Source of the DNA: Malacoraja senta
Lineage: Eukaryota
Length of the DNA stretch: 64,000 bases
Direction of reading: 5' to 3'
Assembly: GCA_038087875.1 (NCBI GenBank)
Contig: CM075990.1
Coordinates: 15,812,001-15,876,000, forward strand
Made by a program: the position numbers and the translations under genes. Positions 1 through 13,262 of the stretch are shown piece by piece (the first letter of the stretch is position 1; every line of letters begins with the position of its first letter). A model generated the notes under the pieces. It searched no databases and was not told where the DNA came from. It was given only the letters and a program-made list of their open reading frames with translations.

Positions 1-435
1 GACTATGACATCCTGAAGCTGCAGTCTGCAGAGCTTCTAGCCACGGGCACTTTAAGAGCTCCGACCGTCGGCCTGTGGCCTATAACATCGTGAAGACACG
101 GTCTCCGGTAGGAAGCGTCCGATTCGAGACATCCAAGCCGTGGAATGTCCGTCCGTCCCGACGTCGGTCATTCGAGCATGCCGACGCGAGGGCCTCTACA
201 TCCATAGCGGCGACTGCGGATGGTTCATGGCCCTGACCACGGATGAACAAAGGACGAGGACTGACAGAGTTATTGCCTTCCACCACAGTGAAGAATGTTG
301 ATTCCACTGTGGTGGATGTTCACGTTATATTCTATTGTGTATTGTGTTCTTTTGTTGGTGTGGCTGCATGGTAAATCAAATTCCACAGGACCTTAATTGG
401 TGCATGTGGCAATAAATGTGAACCTGAACTTGAAC
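1..435 (+). mobile_element. 3' part of GC-rich non-autonomous retroposon (same family as 3912-4730)
   Basis: Hairpin tccaccacagtg..cactgtggtgga (~278-316), then a stem-loop, aataaa and tgaac-repeat tail as in other copies. Confidence 0.55.
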
Positions 436-510
436 TAGTCCACGCCAACCCATCTACACTAGTCCTTCCGGCCCGTGTTTGGTCCACATCCCTCTAAACC
501 TTTCTTATCG

Positions 511-784
511 GGCGGCACAGTGGCGCAGTGGTAGAGTTGCAACGCCAGAGACCCGGGTTCGATCCTGACTTCCGGTGCTGTCCGTATGGGGTGTCTACGT
601 TCTCCATGTGACCACGTGGGTTTTCTCTGGGTGCTCCGGTTTCCTCCCACATTCCAAGGACCTGCAGGTTTGTAGGTTAATTGTCCCATGTGTGGAGGAT
701 TGAACTAGTGTCCGGGCGATTGTTGGTCAGCGTGGACTCGGTGGGCCAAAGGACCTGTTTTCATGCTATATCTCAAAACTAAAC
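511..784 (+). mobile_element. tRNA-derived V-SINE (HE1-like)
   Basis: A box tggcgcagtgg, B box ggttcgatcc, V-domain-like ctccggtttcctcccaca, CR1-derived tail ending aaaactaaac. Confidence 0.8.
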
Positions 785-1289
785 CTGTCCATGTACCTGT
801 CCAAATGGCTTGTAAATGGTGTTGTTATGTTGTAATTCGTTTATTCACAGGGTGTACATGTCACTGCCAAGGCCTTTTGGACTGGGTGGCTTATTGGGTC
901 AGTGTAGAGGGTAACGTGGAGACAGCATTGGTAGTAGATCTGGCGTCAATATAAACCACACTGGGTAAGGACACCACACGTTCACTCCCAAAGAACTAGA
1001 TAGATTTTTTACAAGGTCCACCTAACTGACACAAAATGTTTTTCTTCCAAATTTAATAAATTACTTGAACTTAAATTTAACAATTGCCACAGTGGGAATT
1101 GCTAAATACATAGTCATAGCCGCCAGCTACCAGTCAAGTCACATAATCACTATGGTATTGTACCATAGGCATGGGGAGACTCAGTCTCATATCATCGTTC
1201 CACACCTGATCCATATTCCTTCCACTGCTCTCCTGACAAGACATTATGGTACAGGATACCCACGCCCCACTGAGAAAAGCAAGTTCAAC

Positions 1290-1722
1290 ATACTTGGCTT
1301 ATACTCGCTAGAATTTAGGAGATTGAGAGGGGATCTTATAGAAACGTACAAAATTCTTATGGGGTTGGACAGGCTAGATGCAGGAAGATTGTTCCCGATG
1401 TTGGGGAAGTCCAGGACAAGGGGTCACAGCTTCAGGATAAGGGGGAAATCCTTTAAGACCGAGATGAGGAAAAACTTTTTCACACAGAGAGTGGTGAATC
1501 TCTGGAACTCTCTGCCACAGAGGGTAGTTGAGGCCAGTTCATTGGCTATATTTAAGAGGGAGTTAGATGTGGCCCTTGTGGCTAAAGGGATCAGGGGGTA
1601 TGGAGAGAAGGTAGGTATGGGATACCGAGTTGGATGATCAGCCATGATCATATTGAATGGCGGTGCAGGCTCGAAGGGCCGAATGGCCTACTCCTGCACC
1701 TATTTTCTATGTATCTATGTAT
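1290..1722 (+). mobile_element. 5'-truncated CR1 LINE 3' end, near-identical to the full-length copy
   Basis: Encodes LGLYSLEFRRLRGDLIETYK..RVVNLWNSLP; tail tctatgtatctatgta. Confidence 0.9.
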
Positions 1723-2671
1723 TTGCATCTTTGTAACGAAACAAGAGTTCTTGAGACTGAAATAAAGTCAATAAAAAGCTTCCCACTGGAACAGTCAATG
1801 GATTTAAATAGCAGGAACTTGCCGAGCCGAATGCCTTCCGTTTCAGCAGAGGTGTAGTTCTGTTTAACCAAATCACACAATCTAGCTGATGTAAAATGGA
1901 AACCCTGAGATTAATGAGAGTCTGGTTTGTGAAAGTGAGGGATGTCTGCAGACTGGTGATACACTGCAATTCTCACGATCAGAAAAAAATGTATTTCTTC
2001 TTTTAACAAAACACAAAGTGCTGGAGGAAATCAACGTGCCAGGCAGCATCTGTAGAAAGAATGGACAGACAATGTTTTGGGTAGGGACCTGTCTTCACAA
2101 ATTCCTTTCTTTCACTTAGCTTTGACACCGAAATGTAACTTCGGAAATTTAACGGACTCTGAATCTTTCCACGTACAATTGCTGTTAAAAAGCAGCAAGA
2201 TACATGTTACCATAGGGGAAGGGTGGGCTTATTCACTTGCATGTGGAGAACCAGGTGAAACTAATTTCCTCTTTATCTGTAAAGTTATTCATACGTCATA
2301 CGTCATTATTCATACGTCACTACCACGGATCAGAAAATGGTTTCCAAGTCATTGGAAGGGTAAGTGAGCCCTCAGTGTCCTCTCCCAGATTAATATCCCA
2401 ACACTGAGCCCCCAGCTACAGTTAGACAGCTACACTGGGCAGCCAATTAGTTTACTGTCATAGCCACCAATGTGCAATGAAATTCCTTGTTCACATGAAG
2501 CTCACAGAATAAAGAGCATTCATGAAGCCATGATGAATACAACCAGTAAATACAAGTGCAAAATAGGACAATGATGCAGGATTGCAGTGCAATCTGTGTA
2601 GTGCAAAAGAATATTAAAATATAATGATGGAATAACCAAATGAGTTAAGTGCAAGAGTGTACAGCAGCAGA

Positions 2672-2897
2672 TGGACACAAAAAGTTGGAGTAACTCAGCG
2701 GGACAGGCAGCATCTCTGGAGAGAAGGAATGGGTGACGTTTCAGGTCGAGACCCTTCTACATCCTTCTGAAGAAGAAGGGTCTCGACCCGAAACCTCACC
2801 CATTCCTTCTCTCCTTCCCAGAGATGCTGCCTGAGTTACTCCAGCTTTTTGTGTCTATCATCGGTTTAAACCAGCATCTGCAGTTCCTTCCTACACA
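2672..2897. mobile_element. Fold-back Penelope-terminus element with hammerhead motif
   Basis: Inverted arms gagtaactcagc..cagcatctctgg and ccagagatgctg..ctgagttactc; ctgaaga..gggtctcgacccgaaac at ~2767-2794. Confidence 0.7.
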
Positions 2898-3111
2898 GTA
2901 TATAGTAGGCAGCATCTTTGGGAAGGGATTGTAAAAGAGGTGATTGGGACAAGAGCCTGATAGCCGTGCGGAAGAAGTTGTTTTCAGTCTGGAGGTCTGA
3001 GCTTTCAAGCTCCGTTTTGTTTCCCTCCCAGAAGGTAGAAGAGAAACAAGGGGACAACCAGGGTGGCGGGCACACTTGACGATACTGCCAGCCCTCCCGA
3101 AGCAACGCATC

Positions 3112-3665
3112 ATTCAATTCAATACAATTCAACTTTATTTTCATTGCACAGATACAAGTATGGGTACAAGGAAATGCAGTTTAGCGTCTGTTCGTAGTAA
3201 TATTGCAATATAGAAATAAAAATACAGAATAAGAATAATATACAGAATAAAAATACAGAATAAGCAAACAATGTGGACGGAGAGACTGGGACTCCGAGTT
3301 CAGCAATGTGATAGTGTTGTTGAAGAAGCTGTTCCTCATCCTACTTGTACGAGACCTGAGGCTTCTGTACCGCCTCCCTGATGGGAGGAGGGCAAACAAT
3401 CCATGGTTAGGGTGGGAGGGGTCCTTGATGACCTTCCCGGCCCGTCTCAGACACCGTTTTCGGTGGAGGGCATCCATTGCAGGGAGCGGGGGCACCGATG
3501 ATGTACTGAGCGGTTTTCACCACCCGTTGTAGTGCCTTCCTGTCAGCTACCGTGCAACTGCTGTACCATACCGTGATGCAGGTGGTCAGGATGCTTTCGA
3601 TGGTACAGCGGTAATAGTTGGTCAGGATCTGGGGGGACAGGTGAGCTTTCTTGAGCCTCCTCAGT
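3112..3665 (-). mobile_element. Rex1/Babar-like LINE 3' fragment
   Basis: LRRLKKAHLSPQILTNYYRCTIESILTTCITVWY..LQRVVKTAQ and LLPSGRRYRSLRSRTSRMRNSFF; 3' stem-loop and (attga)n tail. Confidence 0.8.
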
Positions 3666-3911
3666 TTGGAGGTATTGACAACCATCATCACAACAGACTG
3701 AATGGCAGTGAGTGACGAGCCTGTGATGGACTGGGCTGTGTTCACCACTCTGTGCAGGTTCAAGTGGTCAAGAGCAGTTCCCATACCAATCAGGTATTGT
3801 CTTTCTGCTGACTGGTTAGCACGCAACAAAAGCATCCCACGGTACCTTGTCACACATGACAATAAACTAAACTGAAGGGTGAGATGCATCCCTTCAGTTT
3901 AGTTTAGTTTT

Positions 3912-4730
3912 CGGTGGGCGGCGCGACGCTCGTCAGCAGCGGCCTCTGCAGTCCGTCTGTCTTTTTATTATTTTTGTCTCGTTTCAATGTAGTTTTTATT
4001 ATTATTTTTTTGTCGGGGTATGTGGGGGTGGGAGGGTGGGGGGGACTTTAAAATCTTTCCCTTGCACGGGAGACCCGACCTTTTCTTTGTCGGGTCTCCG
4101 TTGTCGTTGGGGCTGGGCAACGTGGAGCGGCCTCCAGCAGGAACGACCTGGGGCTCCAGTTGCGGAGCTGCGGACTACTCACCGTCACGAGGCTGGCCGA
4201 GTCGGGAGCGGGAGGGAGCTGTGGTGGAGCGCTGCTGCGACCCGACCCCCAGAGATTCGGAGGCTGCAGCCGCGGGTCTGGTGGACGGCAACACCAGAAG
4301 CCCGCGGGTCCCTGGTGGGAGACCGCTTTTCGGGGCTTCCGCAGCGGCGACTTCTCCCGCCCGAGTTGCGGGGTTGAAGAGCACCTGGAGCGGGGCTTTG
4401 CATCGCCGCCCCGCGCGGCTTGGAGTGGCCGCGGGACTTTGTGAGCGCTCGCCGGGGCTCTAACACCAAGACCCGGTGCGCGACCTTGCATCGCGGGACA
4501 ATCACCATCGCCCGCCGGGGGCTTTGACTTTGACTCTGACATCGGGGAGGGAAGTGCAGTGGAGAGATATGTTTTTTTGCCTTCCATCACAGCGCTGTGA
4601 TGGATGTATGTGTAAATTGTGTTGTGTCTCGGGTCTTCTTCGTTTTGTAATGTATGGCTGCAGAAACGACATTTCGTTTGGACCTCAATGGGGTCCAAAT
4701 GACAAATAAATTGTATTGTATTGTATTGTA
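3912..4730 (+). mobile_element. GC-rich non-coding, non-autonomous retroposon
   Basis: T-rich leader, hairpin ggagacccgac/gtcgggtctcc, GC-rich body, tccatcacag/ctgtgatgga palindrome, 3' stem-loop and (attgt)n tail; homologous to 26325-27150. Confidence 0.7.
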
Positions 4731-6370
4731 TCCCATCAGAATGCATTCTAAATCACATCTATAGACGTTCCAGTGAAACTGGTATTTTTGCGCATGGGGT
4801 TATTAATTTATAATTTTTTTTTGTTTTTTATATGTTTAATATGAGTATTGTGTTACAGGCCTATTACACCGATGCAAGTAAGAATTTAATTGTTCCGCTG
4901 TCAGTACATATGACAATTAAAAATTCTTGACTCCTGTCAAAAAGTAAACTTAAATGGCAATTCCCTCATATATTTCCCTCTTCCAAAACCGCTCTCATTG
5001 CCGTTAGATGACTCTTGAGTCTTCATTCCATTTACTATTGTTCTCCTTGCTGTTTGGTGCCTCTCAAGTCTTTATTCCATTGACTATTTTTCATCTGTTG
5101 AATCCTGACGATGAGTATCATCGGCATCCTCAGACCAATCTCCGTCCAGGGATCAATACTATTGTATCGTATCGTATGTGGGGGGCTGATGAGAGATGAG
5201 GCATGGGGAACATCGCAGCAGAACCCCCCCACCCAGTTTCCACAGAGGTGAACTCTTCTCGAGGTTGCAGTGGGATGAGCGAAGCTCTCAGCACATCAGC
5301 TGAGATTCCACCTGGGGAGTTGTATCATTCAAGGCTGCGATGGGAGTCAAATTCCACCAGGCATGGCCCCGTAAATGCTCACATTAAATAACGCAGCACC
5401 TGCCTTCATCCATCTGTGCTCCGTTTGGCTTCAAGCCAACTTATTAAATACGGCCGTTACATCAAGCAGTCACCCAAACAATAATTTGAGTAGCCATGAA
5501 CCTAATAATGACTTGAGTTTCTGTATAGGATGCGGAACCTGTCCTATCCCAAGTTCCTGAAAGACAACATTAGTTGGGTGAAGCCTCCATCAGATTCACT
5601 CAAACCCAAAGTGGACGTGACATTGAGAAGCTTTCTTTCCAGCGAATAATAAGGCTCAGCGTGTGAGGCAGCATCTCTGGAGAGAAGGAATGGGCAACGT
5701 TTCGGGTCGAGACCCTTCTTTATTGTTTCATGACCCGGCTCGAGAGATCAGTTCACAAACATGCTGCGGACGGCACTCAGATGAACATCTTTACTTCCCC
5801 GAGGGACTGCAACAGACCCAGGGTGAAGAGTATGAAGCAATCACCAATTCTCTTTTCACAGTGAGGAGCAGCCGTAGACCTGCTGCCTCAACAGCACCAG
5901 AGACCCGGGTTCGATCCTGACTATGGGGGGGCTACCTGTGTGGAGTTTGCACATTCTCCCACAAAGCAAGGGTTAACTTTGAGGCTTGCAGTATCTTGGA
6001 GACGGGACAACTTGAAGCATTCTCAATCAGCCTCCAAATGAGACGTTATCAAGAGCAAATTGCTGCTTTGCTCAACTCTGCATACGTTTGGCTTGGCCAG
6101 CATTTTAATCTCACCGCTCACTGGCCTGCCAATCACCGCAGGAAAATTCAAGTCGGATGGATCATTGGTGCTGGTAATCTGACACAGTTCAGGGAGAGAA
6201 AATACTGCACTGTCAGCTGCGAAGGTGGCAGGCAATAAAAGATAAGACTTTGTCTTAATTGATCAGCTGCCTCGGTGATGAAAGTTGAAGTCATTACACA
6301 GAGAGCCAAGTCATCACTATTCCAGAGAACTCCAACAGCCCTGCTGCATGGGGACCGAGAGCAGGACGCA

Positions 6371-6782
6371 GAGTGGCACAGCTGGTGGAGCTGCTGCCTC
6401 ACAGCGCCAGAGTCCCAGGTTCCATCCGGACTAAAAATGCCGTCTGTGTGGAGTTTGCACGTTCTCCCTGTGACTGCGCAGGTTTTCTCCAGGTACCCTG
6501 GTCTCCTCCCACATCCCAAAGATGGTTTGTAGCTTTATTGGCTGCTGTAAATTGTCCCTAGTGTGTAGGGAGTGGATGAGAAAGTGGGATAGCATAGAAC
6601 TAGTGTGAATGGGTGATCGATGGCCGATGTGGATTCAGTGGGCCAAAGGGCCTGTTTCCTTGCTGTATCTCTAAACTAAACTAGTGTGTAGGGAGTGGAT
6701 GATAAAGAACTAATGTGAATGGGTGATCGATGGTCGGTGTAGACTCACTGGGCTGAACGGCCTGTTTCCTTGCTGTATCTCT
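6371..6782 (+). mobile_element. HE1-like V-SINE with tandemly duplicated tail
   Basis: tRNA-like head and V domain; tail ctagtgtgtagggagtggatg..cctgtttccttgctgtatct occurs twice. Confidence 0.75.
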
Positions 6783-6796
6783 CTCTCTCTCTCTCT

Positions 6797-7625
6797 CTGC
6801 AGTATAATGTGGATAAATGTGAGGTTATCCACTTTGGTGGCAAAAACGGGAAGGCAGACTATTATCTAAATGGTGGCCGATTAGGAAATGGGGAGATGCA
6901 GCGAGACCTGGGTGTCATGGTACACCAGTCATTGAAAGTAGGCATGCAGGTGCAGCAGGCAGTGAAGAAAGCGAATGGTATGTTGGCCTTCATAGCAAGA
7001 GGATTTGAGTATAGGAGCAGGGAGGTTCTACTGCAGTTGTACAGGGTCTTGGTGAGACCACACCTGGAGTATTGCGTACAGTTTTGGTCTCCAAATCTGA
7101 GGAAGGACATTATAGCCATAGAGGGATGCAGAGAAGGTTCACCAGACTGATTCCTGGGATGTCAGGACTTTCATATGAAGAAAGACTGGATAGACTTGGC
7201 TTATACTCGCTAGAATTTAGGAGATTGAGAGGGGATCTTATAGAAACTTACAAAATTCTTATGGGGTTGGACAGGCTAGATGCAGGAAGATTGTTCCCGA
7301 TGTTGGGGAAGTCCACGACAAGGGGTCACAGCTTAAGGATAAGGGGGAAATCCTTTAGGACCGAGATGAGGAAAAACTTTTTCACACAGAGAGTGGTGAA
7401 TCTCTGGAACTCTCTGCCATAGAGGGTAGTTGAGGCCAGTTCATTGGCTATATTTAAGAGGGAGTTAGATGTGGCCCTTGTGGCTAAGGGGATCAGGGGG
7501 TATGGAGAGAAGGCAGGTACGGGATACTGAGTTGGATGATCAGCCATGATCATATTGAATGGCGGTGCAGGCTCGAAGGGCCGAATGGCCTACTCCTGCA
7601 CCTATTTTCTATGTATCTATGTATC
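6797..7625 (+). mobile_element. 5'-truncated CR1 LINE (ORF2 3' part, one frameshift near 7126)
   Basis: QYNVDKCEVIHFG..RPHLEYCVQFWSP; near-identical to the reverse complement of ~41160-41990. Confidence 0.92.
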
Positions 7626-7844
7626 TCTCTCTCTAAACTACGCATGTTGAATACTTCATGCCTCTGGCAAATGCATGGGATTTTACACCTCCACAAAACC
7701 AGGAAGAACAAACTCACCCCTGCTCCTACCCTAAATATTTGCACATGTGTAGGAAGGAACTGCAGATGCTGGTTTAAACGATAGACACAAAAGGCTGGAG
7801 TAACTCAGCGGGTCAGACATCATCTCTGGAGAAGAAAGGTCTTA

Positions 7845-8115
7845 GTAAGTAAGTAAGTACATTTTATTTATATAGCACGTTTCAATCAACCCGCGTTGAA
7901 ACCAAAGTGCTTTACATAGAAGAAATAATTAGGTTTCTGTACATCGATAGAAAAATTAAAAAAACTAAAAATGGCACAACACATAGAATTCAACAAGAAC
8001 GTCCCCCCACAACAGAATCTACATTTTCCACTGTGGGGAAAAGGCATCAGAAAGTTAAGTCCTCTTCCTCTGTAATCACCCGAGGTCAGGGCCTATTTGT
8101 GGCCTCCGCAGCCAC
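7845..8115 (-). mobile_element. Short non-autonomous retroposon with (ttac)n tail
   Basis: Variant cacag/gtg hairpin and L2-like 3' end (aagcactttgg..gtgctatataaataaa); related to 58960-59159 plus 60025-60051. Confidence 0.5.
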
Positions 8116-8925
8116 AAATCTTGACCCAAAGCCTCAGCTATTCGTTTCCTCCACATATGCACGTTAGTTTTATTGCACTGACTGATGGCATCTGGTAGGT
8201 TCTGATTTTCCTACAAGTTTGGCCTCTGTCATTTTGTTTATATTGTTGGGAGGCTGGGTGAAAAAAGAAGTCAATTGCAAAGACAATTATGTTTTAAGGC
8301 TCGAGGAGTTTTCATCTTGAAAATAGAACATTTTGTCGTACTCTGTTACGGGCAAGTTATGTGCTTTGAAGTATTTTCTGCACAGATGTGTTTGCTTCCA
8401 AAGATGAAAAGCAAGTGGCAAATAAATGACAATTAGTGTAAGAGATTGTGCAGTTTAACAATGTTTAACTAGCCACTGGGGGTTTAAGAACATAAGAAAT
8501 AGAAGCTGGAGAAGGCCTTAGATGAAATCATCGCTGATTCTGTGCATTACTTACTGTCCCATTTAACCCCCTTAGCTGATGGTTCCCTGCAACTCAAACA
8601 TCTATGAATCTTAGCTGTAAATATGCTCAACCACTGTGAATTCAGAGCAGCAGTAAACAATTCCAAGGATCTGTAAGCAAATGATAAAGGAATTCTCATT
8701 TAAATGGCTGAACTCTTCTGGGAATAGCTCCACTTTGTTTCTTTCAGAGACCAAGAGTCATGGAGTCACGAGTCTGTACAGCACAGAAACGGGCCCTTCA
8801 CAGAGTCGAAACAGCCTCCAGGAAGTTACTGAGGAAATAGAGGCACCAAAATGAGTGTATCCATGGCCGCTGCAGTTCTGAAAGCTGCAGGAGCGCATGT
8901 AGAAGGTAATTTCCACCTGTGTCTC

Positions 8926-9245
8926 TGGGACAGTGGCACAGCGATAGAGTTGCTGCCTTACAGCATCAGAGACCCAGGTTCGATCCTGACAACAGTGCTG
9001 TCTGTGTGGAGTTTGTACATTGGTCCTGTGACCATGTGGGTTTTCTCCTGGTGCTCTGGTTTCCTCCCACACTGCAAAGACGTACAAGTTTGTATGTTAA
9101 TTGCCTTCCTTAAATTGCCCCTTAGAGTGTAGGACGTGTAGTTGGGAAAACATAGAACTAGGGTTGACGTGTGATCGTTGATCGGCGTGGATTTGGTGGG
9201 CCGAAGTGCCTGTTTCCTTGCTGAATCTCGAAACTAAACTAAAAC
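8926..9245 (+). mobile_element. HE1-like V-SINE
   Basis: A/B boxes, V domain, (aaact)n tail. Confidence 0.8.
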
Positions 9246-9561
9246 TTTCTCTTCATTTTGAATCACACCCCACTCAGATGCTTTGGAACTACTTTACTTG
9301 GCCATATGATTGAGTTGGATCAAGTGTGTCCCAGCACTCACACACTTGCAGATACAGTAATGTCTCATTGGGCATTTGGAAGATATATGGATAGGACTGG
9401 TTCAGAGGGATATGGGCTAAATGGAAGCAAATGGAACCAGTACTGAATTCCAACTTGATTACCATGGACAAGGTGGGCTGAAGAGCCTGTTTCCATGCTG
9501 TACAACTCTGTGACTCTATGACACACATAGACAGTTAAGGCACTCTATGACACACATGTTA

Positions 9562-10183
9562 AGGGCCTGTCCCACTTACGCGATTTTTTCATAGTCGCAG
9601 CAGGTTGCCGAAATTTTTCAACATATAACCATATAACCATATAACCATAACAGCACGGAAACAGGCCATCTCGGCCCTTCAAGTCCGTGCCGAACATTTA
9701 AAAAAAAAAAAAAATTAAATTAAAAATAAATACTTCCCCCTAGTCCCATCTACCTGCACTCAGACCATAACCCTCCATTCCTTTCCCGTCCATATACCCA
9801 TCCAATCTATTTTTAAAGGATAACATCGAACCTGCCTCCACCACTTCCACTGGAAGCTCATTCCACACAGCTACCACTCTCTGAGTAAAGAAGTTCCCCC
9901 TAATGTTCCCCCTAAACTTCTGTCCCTTAATTCTCAAGTCGTGTCCCCTTGTTTGAATCTTCCCTACTCTCAATGGGAAAAGCTTATCCACGTCCACTCT
10001 GTCTAACCCGCTCATAATTTTAAAGACCTCTATCAAGTCCCCTCTTAACCTTCTGTGCTCCTGGATTTTCAACATGTTGAAAATCCAGCGGCAACCAGAA
10101 AAAGGTATGACTCTTTGGGCGACTACTCATGACCATACAGGCGTCACCCCGCAATATGTGGCTGTGAAGTGAAATAGGGACTT
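9562..10183. mobile_element. PIF/Harbinger-like MITE interrupted by a CR1 fragment
   Basis: Left TIR agggcctgtcccact preceded by tta; right end degenerate; same TIR as 35508 and 48669. Confidence 0.55.
9625..10065 (-). mobile_element. CR1 LINE 3' fragment (second subfamily) with TSD
   Basis: RRLRGDLIEVFKIMSGLDRV..FFTQRVVAVWNELP; (atatggtt)n tail; ttttcaacat at 9615-9624 and 10066-10075. Confidence 0.85.
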
Positions 10184-10861
10184 CAAGGTCACAAAATGTC
10201 TTTTGCATTACTGCAACCATGTCCAGGAAACGCAAACTTGTATGCCTTTCATTTCGATAGACACAAAATGCTGGAGTAACTCAGCGGGACGAGCAGCATC
10301 TCTGGAGAGAAGGAATGGGTGACGTTTTGGGTCAAGACCCTTCTTCTGACTGAAAGTCACAGGAAAGGGAAACGAGAGATAAATGAAGTATCGTTGAAAC
10401 TGCCCTGATTGTACCGACCCATCCCGTTCACATCAAAGACAGACACAAAATGCTGGAGTAACTCAGTGGGTCAAGCAGCATCTCTGGAGAAAAGGAATCG
10501 GTGATGTTTCGCTCAGAACCCTTTTTCAGGGATTCACATTCACATCATTCAGCCTGCTTGCTAACGGAAATTAATGCCAACTCAACCTTCTGCTACTTAC
10601 CGTGTTAGAGTGGGCAGTGGAGAAGATGACACTTTGTTGTGAAATGGTAAACCATGAAAATTTGGTTCAGGAAAAGGGGTCTGAAAGTCCTATTTATTAA
10701 GTTAGATCAATCAAGAGGATAAGATGATGTTTCTTAAGAAATTAACCTAAGATTCAGAAATATTCAAAGAAAATAGGATCAGATATTTGAAGCACTCAAT
10801 CCTAAATCAAAAGTTCACAAGAAGGACATGTGTTATTCAATGACCTCTCTTCAGGTTTTTG

Positions 10862-11166
10862 GTCTTGGATTTAGAGATGCATCATGGAAACAGGTCCTTT
10901 GGCCAAAACTGACCATTGATCACCCGTTCATACCAGCTCTATGTTATCCAACTTTTGCATCCACTCCCTATACATTAGGGACAATTTTCAGTCACCAATT
11001 AATCTACAAACCCACATGTCTTTGGGATGTGGGAGGAAACCAGAGCAGCCAGAGACAACCCACGCGGTCACAGGGGGAATGTGCAAACTCCACACACTCA
11101 GCACCCGAGGTCAGGGTTGAACCCAGATCGTTGGCGCTGTGAGCAAGTGGCCCCACTGGCTGTGTC
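10862..11166 (-). mobile_element. HE1-like V-SINE
   Basis: Reverse complement of V domain (tgtgggaggaaac) and B box (gggttgaaccc). Confidence 0.7.
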
Positions 11167-12899
11167 ACCGTGAAGCCCCTTTTAAAATCCTACACTAATC
11201 TAATCAAAGTTTATTCACTCCATATTGTTATCAATCCCCTTCAGACTCTACCACTCATCTACACTGGGGCCAATGAACCTACAAACCAGCACATCTTTGG
11301 GATGTGGGAGCAACCGGAGAACCCGGAGGAAACCCACGCAGTCACGGGGAGAACGTGCGAACTCCATAAAGGCAGCACCGGAAGTCAGGAGTGAACACTA
11401 GCTGCACCATTGTGACACTCATCCAGTTTCCCTCTCCATAAGTGCTGCCTGGCCAATACATTAGTTGATTAATTATTTGATATTCAGGTTCTGACTGAAT
11501 GCTCAATCAATAGTCCTATCTCTCGAGTGACGGATTAAACTTTCTCCTTCTGAGTAAAACATGTCATGTCACTATTATAGAGAGAGTCAATAATATTAGG
11601 GATTATTTCCCACAATATAACGTCTGCCAATCACAATGTTATCATGTATCGAATGAACAAAATAACATTCAGTACAAAATCAGAGACACAGGAACTGCAG
11701 AGGCTAGAATATTGAATAAAACACAAAGTGCTGGAGGGATGCAGTGGGTCAGGCAGGATCTGTGGAGGGAATGGACAGGCGACACTTTGGGTCAGGACTC
11801 TTCTTTGGATCTGTCCATCTCCTCCACAGATGCTGCCTGACCCGCTAGTTTCCTCCAGCGCTTTGTGTTTTGCTGAGGGAACCAATCAACTTGCCTCAAT
11901 CAAATATTTCTTGGCACGCTACCTGCAGCCTTCCGCAATGCCACGAGCTGCACATTTTGACAGATGTTCTTACTGGCAGACAGAATGCAGCTGTAATTGG
12001 TACAATGCAAGGAGGCTTAAAGGTCATGTTCTGTCAATGCAAATACTGAAAGCCCAACACACACAGAATCAACATGCAAACAAAAGCTTGCTTTCAGTCA
12101 ATGTCAACCTTGCCGAAAATGAGGGAATAAAATAAATCACCAACATGACCTTGAAAGGGAAGTGAACCTTTTGTAATGTTACCCCAGCTGGAATCCCATC
12201 GTAATTTACACCATTTGGCTTGAAGTCCATTTCCAAGCTAATACAAATCTTTTGAGGAAATTAGTAAGAATTGTTGAACTCCCTGTTAATAGACTTCAGA
12301 CTGCACCGATCGATCTTCCTGTGGAAGTCCACATTTATCTGTTTCCAGACTCATATAAAACAATTTGAGCGCAAATTGAGCTTGTCTAATTTGCTCAATC
12401 AAACAAAATGAATAAGGACGGTATCAAACAGGCTGATGCTGCAGGGAAACACGAGTTTAAATTCAAAGAGCTATGAGGAGTAGAGCAATAAGCATTAAAG
12501 AAAGCAATGAGTGATAATGAAAACGCAAATAAAGGCATTGAGCCCATGGTGATTAATCTTGCCAATAGAACGTGGTATCATTGTGGTGGAATTTTTAACT
12601 TTGAAAGTGGATTTACACATTATAGAAGCAGTATTGCACATTTTGAAACTTAGTACTATGATGGAAGTGGATGCACCTCATTTGGAAAGATATCTGGTGT
12701 TTATTCAGGTATTTTATTGGAAAAGTCATTTTACCCATTGATTTAGCACAGATGTTTACTCTCTGCAATACTTTCCAGATATTTTCTAAAATAAGACTGC
12801 AGAAATTCACGTAGTGGCACTCACAAGGTGTTTAAATCTGCGATACAGAGACTGTTGGTTTGGCATCATAGGTATAAGGTGATATTAGCTTTAACTAGG

Positions 12900-13150
12900 T
12901 GCCACTGTGGCTCCGCGGTAGTTGCTGCCTCACAGCTCCACAGACCCGGGTTCGATCCTGACTACGGGTGCTGACTGTATAGAGTTTGTACACTTTCCCC
13001 ATGACCGCGTGGGTTTTCACTGGGTCTCTGTATAGCTTCTGTATTAAAAAAATTGTGAATTGTCCCTAGTGTGTTGGATAGTGCTTGCGTAGGAGTTGAT
13101 CGCTGGTCGGCGCAGACTCAGTGGACTGATGTGCCTGTTTTCATGCTGTA
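12900..13150 (+). mobile_element. HE1-like V-SINE (internally deleted)
   Basis: B box ggttcgatcc and CR1-derived tail. Confidence 0.7.
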
Positions 13151-13262
13151 CGTTTGAAGATATTGTACAGTATTATTCCTGTACAGAGGTACAATGAAAC
13201 GCTTTTGTTGCATGCTAACCGGTCAGCGGAAGGACAATACATGATTACAATCGAGCCAGTTT

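Noticed and set aside
511..575. tRNA genes at SINE heads
   Set aside because: A and B boxes are present but there is no full cloverleaf, and each continues into a V domain and LINE tail.
4020..4746. Overlapping ORFs in GC-rich elements (also 26364-27036, 33070-33734, 59411-59955)
   Set aside because: Stop-poor GC-rich repeat sequence; frames are not conserved between homologous copies and no domains are recognisable.
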